64,000 nt of DNA from a virus, in the IMG/VR virus record IMGVR_UViG_3300044997_000902, positions 4,076 to 68,075 of that record, one strand, 5' to 3'. A program made the position numbers and the translations under genes. Shown piece by piece: positions 27,670 to 37,436 of this stretch. The notes under the pieces were generated by a model. That model saw only the letters and a list, made by a program, of their open reading frames with translations. It was not told the DNA's origin and searched no databases. Each line of letters begins with the position of its first letter. Within the stretch, counting starts at the first letter, position 1.

Positions 27670-29979
27670 ATGGGAATGGGATCAAGTCCTAATCAAGTTG
27701 TACAGGCTAGCGAATACTTTCTTCAAGCCCTTGAAGCTCAAAGATCTATTAATTCTCATATCCATGAGATTGAGCCTACAACCCCTATATTTTTATATGA
27801 AATAGATTTAAATGAAATTAAACCTGCGACGATCTTATACCCAAATAGAAATGGCCCAGTTAAAGATGGTGTGATAAGAATTCATAATGATTTTAATCTT
27901 TTTCATATTAATAGAGGAATTATAAAATGGAGAGGAAATCTTTACTTTCCATTTCCTGTCTATGGAGATCAATTTGATATAACTTCTAATGGAACAATTC
28001 CAACTCCGAAAGTAAAATTTTCTAGTCAGTTTTTAGATGATGAATTTAATTCTTTTTATAAATATATAAGAATGCAGATTCAAGAGCTGAAAGATATAGT
28101 CGGCTCAAAAGTTACAAGAAGAAAAACTTTTGTTAGATATCTAAGTCCAGACAATTTTCCAGCGGCAGTAAATCCATTTAATACTTTCTCAGATACTCCA
28201 TGGGCGTCAAGAGATGGAGAAGTATTAACTGTGAGATCTTTAGAGAGATTACCAATAGGATTCTCCAAATGGTTAATTTACGGAGTAAAGCCTATACAGA
28301 CTTCTAATAAGGTTTTTACATGTTTAAGAACAGACGATAGGTTAAAAACTTTAGAAATTAATCTTCAAAAGTATAATTATCATTTAAATTCTTTAGACTT
28401 TTTCAATCTATTTGTAAATGAAGATATAAATCTAACTGACGATGTAATAGATGTGTTTTCTTCTGATGTTTTCATTATTCCTGCGAATAATACGTATACT
28501 AGCATAATTCCTAATGTTGAAAAAGAATTTAAAAAAATAAATTCAAATTCAACGATAAAAGCTTTATGTTATTTTAATTCTATATCTTTTAATAATACAT
28601 CTAGTTCTACTATAAATTATCCCGTTACATTTTCTGAAGATGGCTCTAAATTAGTTACGTTTATTTCTTTAAAATCAAATAATGAAACCATAGCAGAAAG
28701 ATTTAATTATTCTATATCTACCCAAACATCCACTAGTTTTAGTGCAGCTTTTTCTAAACCTTTAAATAATAATTTTGAAATTAATTATTTAACAATTCCA
28801 AGCGGGAATTATACTGGAATTAATCCGTATTCAAATGAGAATACAAAACTGGTTGCATTAAAATTAAATCCTAATTTTGGCGTATCTACCTCTGGAGAAT
28901 ATAACATCATTTTTCCCACAATATTCTCTAATACTCCAAAAATATTATTTAATAGTTGGGGAAGCGCGGGATTCTTGTATAATCAATATTTAAAAGATAT
29001 TAGTTCTAGCGGTTGTACATTTGTTGCAACTCATACGGGCAATAATGTTGCATTACAAACTCAAAATATTCATTTAATTGCAACGGATTATATAACAGAA
29101 GAATTAACTATCTCAAATACAACTCAAATATATACTTCATATCAAAATATGGCAAGAGATTATTTAGATCAAATTAATCAAAAGAAGATTGATATTTATG
29201 AAGTAGAATTAACGCCAGATATATATTACATTGATCGGAAAGTTCAAGAAGACTCTCAAAATGTTGTTTATGAGTTAGCTTCATTATTGGATATAGAAGG
29301 AGTTAAATTACCAGGAAGAATCCTTCTATCTAAAAATTGCCCATTTACATATCGAGGTGAAGGGTGTGTATATGAGAGGCATGATAGATTAAATGAAATG
29401 CATTCTGGGGTATATGGGATAGTTAATTCTGTGATAAATCCAAATAGTACAGCGGGATCAGATGGAGTATCAAGAGTTAGCGTTTCTTTATCTCAATCAT
29501 GCAGAGGATTGCGAAGTGCTCCGCCGGTAGCAAATGGTTCTGATTCAACTTTTACCCAATATAGACAAGGCAACTGGATTGATAGAGATGCTTGGCAACA
29601 AGGAGTAAATTATGCATATGGAAATTATATTCATATAGAAAAAAATAAAATAAAATATTATTTTGTATGCAAACAAAATCATACGGCAGATTTAATAAAT
29701 TCTCCTCCAAATTTCGAGTATTGGGAATCAGATACATGTTCTAAAACTCTAATTGGATGTAGACTAAGATGGAAAGATAATATAAATTTTGAAACAAAAA
29801 CCTTAGCGATAAATCATATGTTTGGACCAAATGAAAGTATCCCTGATACTTTATTAAAATTTCAAATCAGAGCTCCATTAGCTGCCGACGGTACTCAATT
29901 AGTTGGAGTTTTGCCATTTGGTGGATTTCCATCTGTAGAAGGGAAATTCCAATCTCAGCGAAGCATGGAAGGACCATAA
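27670..29979 (+). CDS. Minor tail protein, lambda gpL-like, with large inserts
   Basis: LYEIDL, VGSKVTRRKTF.RYL, YYIDRK, YELAS.LD, CPF.YRGEGC.Y, DTCSK...GC.LR, LPFGGFP. Confidence 0.9.
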   Translation: MGMGSSPNQVVQASEYFLQALEAQRSINSHIHEIEPTTPIFLYEIDLNEIKPATILYPNRNGPVKDGVIRIHNDFNLFHINRGIIKWRGNLYFPFPVYGDQFDITSNGTIPTPKVKFSSQFLDDEFNSFYKYIRMQIQELKDIVGSKVTRRKTFVRYLSPDNFPAAVNPFNTFSDTPWASRDGEVLTVRSLERLPIGFSKWLIYGVKPIQTSNKVFTCLRTDDRLKTLEINLQKYNYHLNSLDFFNLFVNEDINLTDDVIDVFSSDVFIIPANNTYTSIIPNVEKEFKKINSNSTIKALCYFNSISFNNTSSSTINYPVTFSEDGSKLVTFISLKSNNETIAERFNYSISTQTSTSFSAAFSKPLNNNFEINYLTIPSGNYTGINPYSNENTKLVALKLNPNFGVSTSGEYNIIFPTIFSNTPKILFNSWGSAGFLYNQYLKDISSSGCTFVATHTGNNVALQTQNIHLIATDYITEELTISNTTQIYTSYQNMARDYLDQINQKKIDIYEVELTPDIYYIDRKVQEDSQNVVYELASLLDIEGVKLPGRILLSKNCPFTYRGEGCVYERHDRLNEMHSGVYGIVNSVINPNSTAGSDGVSRVSVSLSQSCRGLRSAPPVANGSDSTFTQYRQGNWIDRDAWQQGVNYAYGNYIHIEKNKIKYYFVCKQNHTADLINSPPNFEYWESDTCSKTLIGCRLRWKDNINFETKTLAINHMFGPNESIPDTLLKFQIRAPLAADGTQLVGVLPFGGFPSVEGKFQSQRSMEGP

Positions 29980-29983
29980 ATGT

Positions 29984-30730
29984 ATGGAGTTTAACCCCCA
30001 AATTAAAAATTACATTAAAGATCTTGCAATTAGAAAAGCTCATGAAGAAATCTGTGGGTTTATATACTTCAAATCTAAAGAATATAAATTTGATATATAT
30101 CCATGCAAGAATAGAGCAGAAAATAGAAGTAATAATTTTATAATATCTCCACAAGATTATTTGAATTGTTCAAATTTAGGTAAAATTATTGCTTGTTATC
30201 ATTCACACGTTAATGAAAGTGTTGATTTTAGTGAGATTGATAAAAATAATAGCAATGTTTATAATATTCATTATATATTATATAATGTAAAATATAATAT
30301 GTTCAACTTCTACTCTCCAAATAAAGAAAGTAATCCATATATAGGAAGACCATTTGTCTTGGGCAAGTCAGATTGTTTTACATTAATGCAAGAATATGCA
30401 TTAAAAGAGGAAAAGGTTAAAATTAATTTTCCTCGAGATTTAATTTATCCAAGACATTTAGAAGATATAAAAGATTTATACGAAATTAATTTCAAAAATC
30501 AAGGTTTTATCAAATTAGATAAATCAGTAAAATTGAATAAATCAGACGGAATTATGATGATGTTTCCTGGAGTTTCAGATAAATTCCCTACGCATGCGGC
30601 AGTATATATAGGAGATGGATTGATCTTGCATCAGCCTTTTAATTCTTTTTCTTGTGTAAATATATATGATAACTTCTTCAAGAAACATACTAGTTATGTT
30701 TTGAGGTATAAGGAGCGCATGAATGGTTAA
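29984..30730 (+). CDS. Tail assembly protein, lambda gpK-like (JAB/MPN + NlpC/P60)
   Basis: EEICG, HSH-x7-S-x2-D; GRPF..G..DCFTL, HAAVY.G.G.ILH. Confidence 0.92.
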   Translation: MEFNPQIKNYIKDLAIRKAHEEICGFIYFKSKEYKFDIYPCKNRAENRSNNFIISPQDYLNCSNLGKIIACYHSHVNESVDFSEIDKNNSNVYNIHYILYNVKYNMFNFYSPNKESNPYIGRPFVLGKSDCFTLMQEYALKEEKVKINFPRDLIYPRHLEDIKDLYEINFKNQGFIKLDKSVKLNKSDGIMMMFPGVSDKFPTHAAVYIGDGLILHQPFNSFSCVNIYDNFFKKHTSYVLRYKERMNG

Positions 30731-32039
30731 AGTTAAATTACATGGATATTTAGGTCAAGAGATTGGCGAAGAATGGGATTTAAATGTCTCTAGCGTTGCA
30801 GAAGCTTTTCGAGCTATAGAAGCTAACACAAAAAAGCTAACAAAACTTTTTATAGATCAATCTGAAAAGAATGCAAAATATGAAATATTAATTAATCATA
30901 GACCTTTGTGGGTTCCTAAAGCGGAAGAAATGCCTCTCAATTATAAAGACGTTAATAAAAAACATTTTGCAAGATTATCTGAGTCTGAAATGTTTATGGA
31001 TTTTGGATCAACGTTAAAAACTATTGATATTATCCCTATCGTAGAAGGTGCGGGTGGAGGAGGCGGTGGTGGTGCGCAAGGATGTTTTCCAGCTGGAACA
31101 AAAATTTCCACACCCCAAGGTGAAAAAAATATAGAAGACCTAAAAGAAGGAGACGAAATATATTCTTTTGATAAAGATAAAAATATACAAATTGACATAA
31201 TTGAGAAAGTTTTTGAACATGAAAATAATAAAATTTTAAAAATTACGTTATGGGATGGATCAGTAATTAGAAGCACAGGAAATCACTGGTTTTTTAATGA
31301 GTATAATAGATTTACTCCTCTTGAAAATTTTCAAGTTGGAGATGTTCTAATTCATAAAAGTGGAGACGTAATGCCTATTGAAAGAATAGAAGAAGATGGA
31401 AATGAAAAAGTTTATAATTTTCATGTGATGAAAAATCATACATACATAGCTAGTAATATTTTTGTGCATAATGGAGGAGGAGGAAAACAAGGTGGAGGAG
31501 CTAAAGGAGGAGGCGGTGGAAGTGGATTTAAAAGTGTTTTCGCGGTATTCCTAGCTATAATTTTAGCTCCAGTTTCTGGTGGAGGTTCATTAGGTATATT
31601 AGGCATGTTAGCTCCAGCCATTTTAGGATTAGTAGCTTTAGGAGTTTCTATGCTGTTAATGAAACCACCACCTATGGTTAGCCCGCAACAAATAGCGAAT
31701 CCTTCAGCAGATTTCGAAGCTTCTCCAGATACTGGAGGAGGAGAACCATCTTACACTTTTAATGGTCCAGTAAATACAATTGGAGAGGGAGGACCAGTAC
31801 CAATAGGTTATGGCAGATTAATCATAGGTAGTCAACAAATTTTTAGTTCGTATGATCAAATATACAGAATTCAATCAAGAGCAAATAAATATGAAAGCGA
31901 TGGAAAAGCTCCAATTGGCGCAGGAGCATCAGAAAAAAATTATCCTACAAAAAGTTTTTATTTTACTCATCACGGATATCCCATAAATATTCAAGATATT
32001 CAAGGGAATTCAATGAGCGATAACTCATTATCAATTTAA
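30723..32039 (+). CDS. Tail assembly protein, lambda gpI-like (ubiquitin-like N-domain), containing a Hint domain
   Basis: VKLHGYLG...SVAEA.RAI...IIPIVEGAG; C-terminal SYTFNGPVNT..EG.PVPIGYGRLIIGS. Confidence 0.9.
   Translation: MVKVKLHGYLGQEIGEEWDLNVSSVAEAFRAIEANTKKLTKLFIDQSEKNAKYEILINHRPLWVPKAEEMPLNYKDVNKKHFARLSESEMFMDFGSTLKTIDIIPIVEGAGGGGGGGAQGCFPAGTKISTPQGEKNIEDLKEGDEIYSFDKDKNIQIDIIEKVFEHENNKILKITLWDGSVIRSTGNHWFFNEYNRFTPLENFQVGDVLIHKSGDVMPIERIEEDGNEKVYNFHVMKNHTYIASNIFVHNGGGGKQGGGAKGGGGGSGFKSVFAVFLAIILAPVSGGGSLGILGMLAPAILGLVALGVSMLLMKPPPMVSPQQIANPSADFEASPDTGGGEPSYTFNGPVNTIGEGGPVPIGYGRLIIGSQQIFSSYDQIYRIQSRANKYESDGKAPIGAGASEKNYPTKSFYFTHHGYPINIQDIQGNSMSDNSLSI
31083..31472 (+). other. Hint (intein-like/BIL) domain, 130 aa, +1 residue Gly
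   Basis: CFPAGT, TGNH (block B), VYNF.V...HTY, FVHN followed by G; no endonuclease. Confidence 0.9.
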
Positions 32040-32042
32040 TTT

Positions 32043-35000
32043 ATGGCAAAAAAATGTAAAGATTGTGATCCAAATAAATATATCGAAGGAGTTTCCTGGA
32101 GAGGAAAAAATGGTATTTCTTATGATGGATATACAGTTTATAATGATGTAGGCAAACCTAGTTCAACAGATATAACTTTAGCAGATGTGTCAGATTTAGT
32201 AGATGCATATAATCCAATATTTTCTGCAAGCACAACTTACCCTAATCCTTTACCAGAATCATCTAATAATCAAATTAATATAGACGGAGTTGATAGAGGA
32301 AATGGATTTTGGTTTGTATGGAGTCTTGTGAATGGATTAGTCATGTATGGCACTCCTGGCGTAAATCCAACTCCTTCAGCTATTTTAAGTTCTGCAACAA
32401 CAACAGCCAAGTACGGATCTGCTTTTTCTTTTAATGTCGAATTAGAACAAGTGGTATCATCATTAAATTATACTGATTTTGGAATTTTAGCAGATTTAAA
32501 TTCTAGTGATAGGTTGAGATTCGTAGGAACAAATAGTACGATTATAGAATTTAAAAAAAATTTAATTAACTATGTTGGATATTATACGGGTATTATTGAA
32601 TCCATATTAAATGGGAATAGATATATAAGCGTAGGCAGTGGTAAAAATAAAACAACTCGATTAGAAACGTTTAAAGCTTTTAAAAGTTTAACAATAAAAA
32701 GCAAGGATCAATATGGGAATGATCCTATATATGTAAATAGTGCACCAACAGTTCATGCATTTAGAGGGCAAGCTTTTGGCTATAGTTTAACTACTAATTT
32801 GCCTAGTAATCAGTATAGCGCTAGTTTAGATGCAAACTCTTTAAATATCTTACAAAATTTAGGATTAGTATGGAATCCGAATACTAAAACTATTACTGGA
32901 ACAGTAGCTCTTAATGTCGAAGCAGATATAAAAACTTCAACTTTAAGTTTTATAATCTATGGTCCAAATTCAGACGCAGGAAATAGAAAAAATTTTAATT
33001 TATCTATACTATATGGCGAGCAGAAGACCACAGATGTTTTACCAACTATATCTGCTAAAACTTATAGTGGTACGGTAGGAACTGCAATTGGAAATCAAAC
33101 TTTAGCCGGACTAAATAATAAACATACTATTTTAGCTGTCTCTTCTTTACCTGAAGGTTTAGTTTTTAATTCTACTAGTAAAACTATTACAGGAATTCCA
33201 AGGCATGCGGGTACATTTTACGCTTACGCAAGCTGTTCTAACGCTAAAGGATCTAGTTCAAAAGTCACATTAACATTTAATTTTAATCCGTATACTAAAG
33301 ATAATAGACCTACAGGGGCGAATAGTTATCCAAGTCGATTAAATTTGCCTTCCTGGAATTTTGATATTATTAAAAACAATAAAATTATTTTAAATTTAAG
33401 AAGCGCTGGAGATGAAATTTTAAGCTTTAAAAAAATAAGCATAAATGAATTTGAGACCATAAGAAAAAATGGAAAACCAGACGGAATTACAAATATTGGT
33501 GGATCTATACCAGATACTACTTTTTCTCCTGGGCAAGGAGTAGAATCTGAAAGTTGCTTCTGGCTTAACATTGATGATCCAACCGCTGCAAACGCAAGGG
33601 CAAGAAGAGTCTCTGGAGTTTTAATACAACCAGAATTTAGCATATCAATCTTAGGAAACTATGCTATAAGATACGCTTCTGTAAATCAAGTAGATCTTCT
33701 TGGAAATGTTTGCTATACTCCAGATGCTAACTCTAGTGGTCCAGCTTCTACTCCTTTTGTAGAGAATCTAACAGTCATAGCAACAAGTACGGTCAAAAAC
33801 TCTATTAGCGCTAATCAAGCTGAAAATGTTCCAACAATAACTATTAGTCCAACACAAATAGAGCATCAAGTTATCTTTACAGGAGGCTCTTTAGAAACGA
33901 GTTCCCCAACAGCAACAACACGATTATCAAAAAGTAATCTTTTGAAGTATCCAAATGGCATTCCCAATAGAAATGGGACATATCCATTTTATGTACAAAT
34001 GGCAGATACTTGCGCATTTAATTTAAGATCAGATAGATTTAGTATGTTCATAGGCACATATACAACAAGAGCTGGAGATGTGTATACATGCACTTATTCA
34101 AGTACATGCTTTCCAGCTGGAACAAAAATTTATACTCCTTATGGATTAAAAAATATAGAAGAGTTAAAACAGTCTGATGAAGTGTATGGTTACGATGATA
34201 AAACTCAAGATTTAAAAATTTCTAAAATATCAGAAATTTTTGATGAAGGTCAAGATCTTGAACCTATAACTAAAGTGACTTTAGAAGATGGATCACAAAT
34301 AAGATGTACAAAATGTCACCCGTTTTTAACTGATAATAATGAATATAAGCTTCTTTTAGATATAAAAGTTGGGGAGCATTTGTATACATTCAACAAAAAG
34401 AAATTAAAAATATTAAAGATGGAGCACGACGGTTTTGAAAAAGTATATAATTTTGAAGTAGAGAAATATCATAATTATATTGCAGAAGGAATTTTTGTTC
34501 ATAATAGATATGGTGGCGTCAGAAAAGGGACAAGAACATGGAACGATAATTATACATTACCAAGCTCTTCGATTCCAAGGAATTGTCACACTTTAGTAAG
34601 TAGAGTGGGAGATAGACAACAAATAGATCGGTATGGTTTTAGATATGGAAATACGTTAAAAGATACAAAAGATATAGGCATAACTTCTTTAACAAATATA
34701 TCTTTGTTAGACGTTCTTGGAGAAGGTCCTATCGAAGGTATTGTAGATTATGAAATAGTCCCTAATCCAGGAGCAACAATAGGAGATATAGGTTATAAAA
34801 ATGGAGTTAAAATAATTAAATATCAAGGACCAGATTCTTTATTAAGATCTGTATATTGGAATGAGATACCTATAGCAGATAATACTTATCCAGCTAAGGG
34901 AAGTTTAAATTTTGAATTTATTAGACTCGCATATGATTATGGTGATTCAGCCCCAAGACATACAAGACTAAATGAATTAAAAAATATAAAATTAGAAGAA

Positions 35001-37436
35001 CCATTCTACGCAAGAAAAGTAAACAATGGGCAATATCTTGATACGGTGTCTTTATATGATGAAAATGCAAATACTTTATTATCTAAAATAAAAATGCCCA
35101 GAAGGTTAACTAGTACGAAAATTGTTGGAACAAGACTTTTTGGTAGAAGAAAATTCCAAGATGGAAGTTCTAGAACTTATAAAAAATCTTTAACAATTCT
35201 TACTAAAGATTTATATGGTTTAAGACTCCATCTAAAAGCTTTAAGTTTATTTAAAAGTATTGTTGATCTAACCATTTGGGAAAGCGCCGATGATGCTTCA
35301 AAAAATTCAGTCAGCGGTAGAATGGATCGACAGGAAATGACTTTTTATCTTTATTTAAAAAGAATAGATTATATTCCAAATGTAGGAAAACAAGTCACAT
35401 TAATCCCTAATCCAAATTATACAGGAAGTTCATCAGGAGCATTTACAATAAGCGAAGAAGAATATTATAATACAGTTTTTAGTAAAGAATATGATGTTTT
35501 GGGTTTATTCTGGCCCCCTGATAGTCCTGGAGGTGGATCTGGTCCAGACGGATATAAAAGAAAACCAGCAAACTTTACTGAATTCATAAATGGAAGAACA
35601 ACTTATTCTCATAGACATGATGGTAAGATATATACAACATACGCTAACGATGTTAATAAGTTGCAACGTGATTTTCGAGCTTCTTTACAAGATTATAAAG
35701 ATAAAAGACAAAGACTATTAGTAGGAGAAGCTAGAGATTACGCTACGTTAACAATCGCAGGTAAATTAAATCAAGGACCTTATATCGAAACATTTGAATG
35801 GACAGGTTTAAATAGATACACAAGATCAACAACTGTTGGATGGGAGATAGAAATTGAGCCTGTTTATGATGAAAGCGTTGATCCAAATATAGTAGTAAGA
35901 AGTGCAATAGATTCTATTACTGAAATTTACGATGATTTTCTTGTTTTACCCCATACAGCTGGAATTTTAACCACTTTTGATTCTAGGTATTTTACTAGTA
36001 TACCACAAAGAGCCTATGACACAAGATTGTTAAAAGTAAAAATCCCCAGTAATTATAATCCTTATTCTAGAACTTATGATGGTATTTGGGATGGAAATTT
36101 TAATTTAGGATGGACAGATAATCCTGCTTGGTGTTTTTATGATTTAATTACTAATAGAAGATATGGATTAGGAAAATATGTAGATCCAAACCTAACAGAT
36201 AAATGGACTTTATATGAAATTTCAAAATATTGTGATCAATTAGTCAGTTCGGGAGGAACAGGAGATGGAAAAGAGCCAAGATTTACTTGTAATGTACTCA
36301 TTAGCACCAGAGAAGACGCTTATAAAGTTGTTAATGATATGGCAAGTATTTTTAGAGCAATAGTTTTCTATAATGCCGGATTAATATTTACTTCTCAAGA
36401 TAGACCAAAAGATCCATTGTATATATTTAATAATAGTAATGTAAAGGATGGAGAATTTACATATAGTAATACTAGTAAAAGAGTTAGAAGAAATGTAGCG
36501 TTAGTCAGATATAATGATAAAGAGAATTTTTATAAACCTGCAGTAAAATATGTAGAGAGTAGAGAAGGGCTAATTAGATTTGGGATAAAAGAAATTGAAG
36601 TTAGTGCCTTTGGATGCACAAGCGAAGGTCAGGCTGAAAGATTAGGGAAATGGACTTTGTTATCAGAGAATCTAGAATCAGAATTAGTTACTTTTGAAAC
36701 GAGTTTACCCGCGATGTATTTGAAGCCTGGAGATATAGTTTTTATACAAGACCAGAATAGGCAAAATAAAATTTTAGGAGGAAGAACATACGTATTAAAT
36801 AAAAATTATGCAATTTTAGATATTAAGTACGAAGATATATCTGGATTTTTACAAGCTATAAACGGATGTAATTTTAACGTATTAACTCCAGCAGGAAATA
36901 TTGAGATAGGAACAGAAACAGGAAATGCGGTCTTAGAATTTTCTGCAGATAATAATAGCCCATTTACCGTAGCAAAGCCAGATGGACAAAAGACATTGGT
37001 TTCAGGGTTAGACACGTCTTTAATAAGAAAAAAGCAGATTCAAACAATAAAATTTGAATCAAATTACTCGATTCTTGATCCAACTGACACAAATGTTTTT
37101 GGTAATTATGTGACGATAGAAACTACTGGTAATTTTGAGGGATATACCAAGATTGATTTTGGAGGTCAATCTTTAGACGATACAGAGCATACGTTAATGC
37201 AAAATACAGTTTGGACTATAGAAATAGAACCAGAGAATTACGATTATAATAAAAGTCCAAGTGTTTCTGGAATTAGCGATCCAGGAGTTAAATATCCAGG
37301 AGCGTCATTAGAACCTTATATGGATAAAACACAGAAATTTAGAATCTTAGATATTGAGGAGCAAGAAGAATATAGATATAAAATAACTGCCTTGCAATAT
37401 GATGAAACTAAATATAATTTAGGAGACAATGTTTAA
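32043..37436 (+). CDS. Central tail fibre/tip protein, lambda gpJ-like, with N-terminal Ig-like extension and Hint domain
   Basis: DVLGEGPIEG, KVKIPSNY...Y.G.WDG.F...WTDNPAWCFYDL, LYEISKYCDQLV, EPRFTCN, FGCTSEGQA.RLGKW, LKPGD. Confidence 0.93.
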   Translation: MAKKCKDCDPNKYIEGVSWRGKNGISYDGYTVYNDVGKPSSTDITLADVSDLVDAYNPIFSASTTYPNPLPESSNNQINIDGVDRGNGFWFVWSLVNGLVMYGTPGVNPTPSAILSSATTTAKYGSAFSFNVELEQVVSSLNYTDFGILADLNSSDRLRFVGTNSTIIEFKKNLINYVGYYTGIIESILNGNRYISVGSGKNKTTRLETFKAFKSLTIKSKDQYGNDPIYVNSAPTVHAFRGQAFGYSLTTNLPSNQYSASLDANSLNILQNLGLVWNPNTKTITGTVALNVEADIKTSTLSFIIYGPNSDAGNRKNFNLSILYGEQKTTDVLPTISAKTYSGTVGTAIGNQTLAGLNNKHTILAVSSLPEGLVFNSTSKTITGIPRHAGTFYAYASCSNAKGSSSKVTLTFNFNPYTKDNRPTGANSYPSRLNLPSWNFDIIKNNKIILNLRSAGDEILSFKKISINEFETIRKNGKPDGITNIGGSIPDTTFSPGQGVESESCFWLNIDDPTAANARARRVSGVLIQPEFSISILGNYAIRYASVNQVDLLGNVCYTPDANSSGPASTPFVENLTVIATSTVKNSISANQAENVPTITISPTQIEHQVIFTGGSLETSSPTATTRLSKSNLLKYPNGIPNRNGTYPFYVQMADTCAFNLRSDRFSMFIGTYTTRAGDVYTCTYSSTCFPAGTKIYTPYGLKNIEELKQSDEVYGYDDKTQDLKISKISEIFDEGQDLEPITKVTLEDGSQIRCTKCHPFLTDNNEYKLLLDIKVGEHLYTFNKKKLKILKMEHDGFEKVYNFEVEKYHNYIAEGIFVHNRYGGVRKGTRTWNDNYTLPSSSIPRNCHTLVSRVGDRQQIDRYGFRYGNTLKDTKDIGITSLTNISLLDVLGEGPIEGIVDYEIVPNPGATIGDIGYKNGVKIIKYQGPDSLLRSVYWNEIPIADNTYPAKGSLNFEFIRLAYDYGDSAPRHTRLNELKNIKLEEPFYARKVNNGQYLDTVSLYDENANTLLSKIKMPRRLTSTKIVGTRLFGRRKFQDGSSRTYKKSLTILTKDLYGLRLHLKALSLFKSIVDLTIWESADDASKNSVSGRMDRQEMTFYLYLKRIDYIPNVGKQVTLIPNPNYTGSSSGAFTISEEEYYNTVFSKEYDVLGLFWPPDSPGGGSGPDGYKRKPANFTEFINGRTTYSHRHDGKIYTTYANDVNKLQRDFRASLQDYKDKRQRLLVGEARDYATLTIAGKLNQGPYIETFEWTGLNRYTRSTTVGWEIEIEPVYDESVDPNIVVRSAIDSITEIYDDFLVLPHTAGILTTFDSRYFTSIPQRAYDTRLLKVKIPSNYNPYSRTYDGIWDGNFNLGWTDNPAWCFYDLITNRRYGLGKYVDPNLTDKWTLYEISKYCDQLVSSGGTGDGKEPRFTCNVLISTREDAYKVVNDMASIFRAIVFYNAGLIFTSQDRPKDPLYIFNNSNVKDGEFTYSNTSKRVRRNVALVRYNDKENFYKPAVKYVESREGLIRFGIKEIEVSAFGCTSEGQAERLGKWTLLSENLESELVTFETSLPAMYLKPGDIVFIQDQNRQNKILGGRTYVLNKNYAILDIKYEDISGFLQAINGCNFNVLTPAGNIEIGTETGNAVLEFSADNNSPFTVAKPDGQKTLVSGLDTSLIRKKQIQTIKFESNYSILDPTDTNVFGNYVTIETTGNFEGYTKIDFGGQSLDDTEHTLMQNTVWTIEIEPENYDYNKSPSVSGISDPGVKYPGASLEPYMDKTQKFRILDIEEQEEYRYKITALQYDETKYNLGDNV
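34107..34505 (+). other. Hint (intein-like/BIL) domain, 133 aa, +1 residue Arg
   Basis: CFPAGT, TKCHPF, VYNFEV..YHNY, FVHN followed by R. Confidence 0.9.

Noticed and set aside
31083-34505. Canonical mobile inteins
   Set aside because: The +1 residues are Gly and Arg, there is no homing endonuclease, and the insertions are in linkers rather than conserved active sites.
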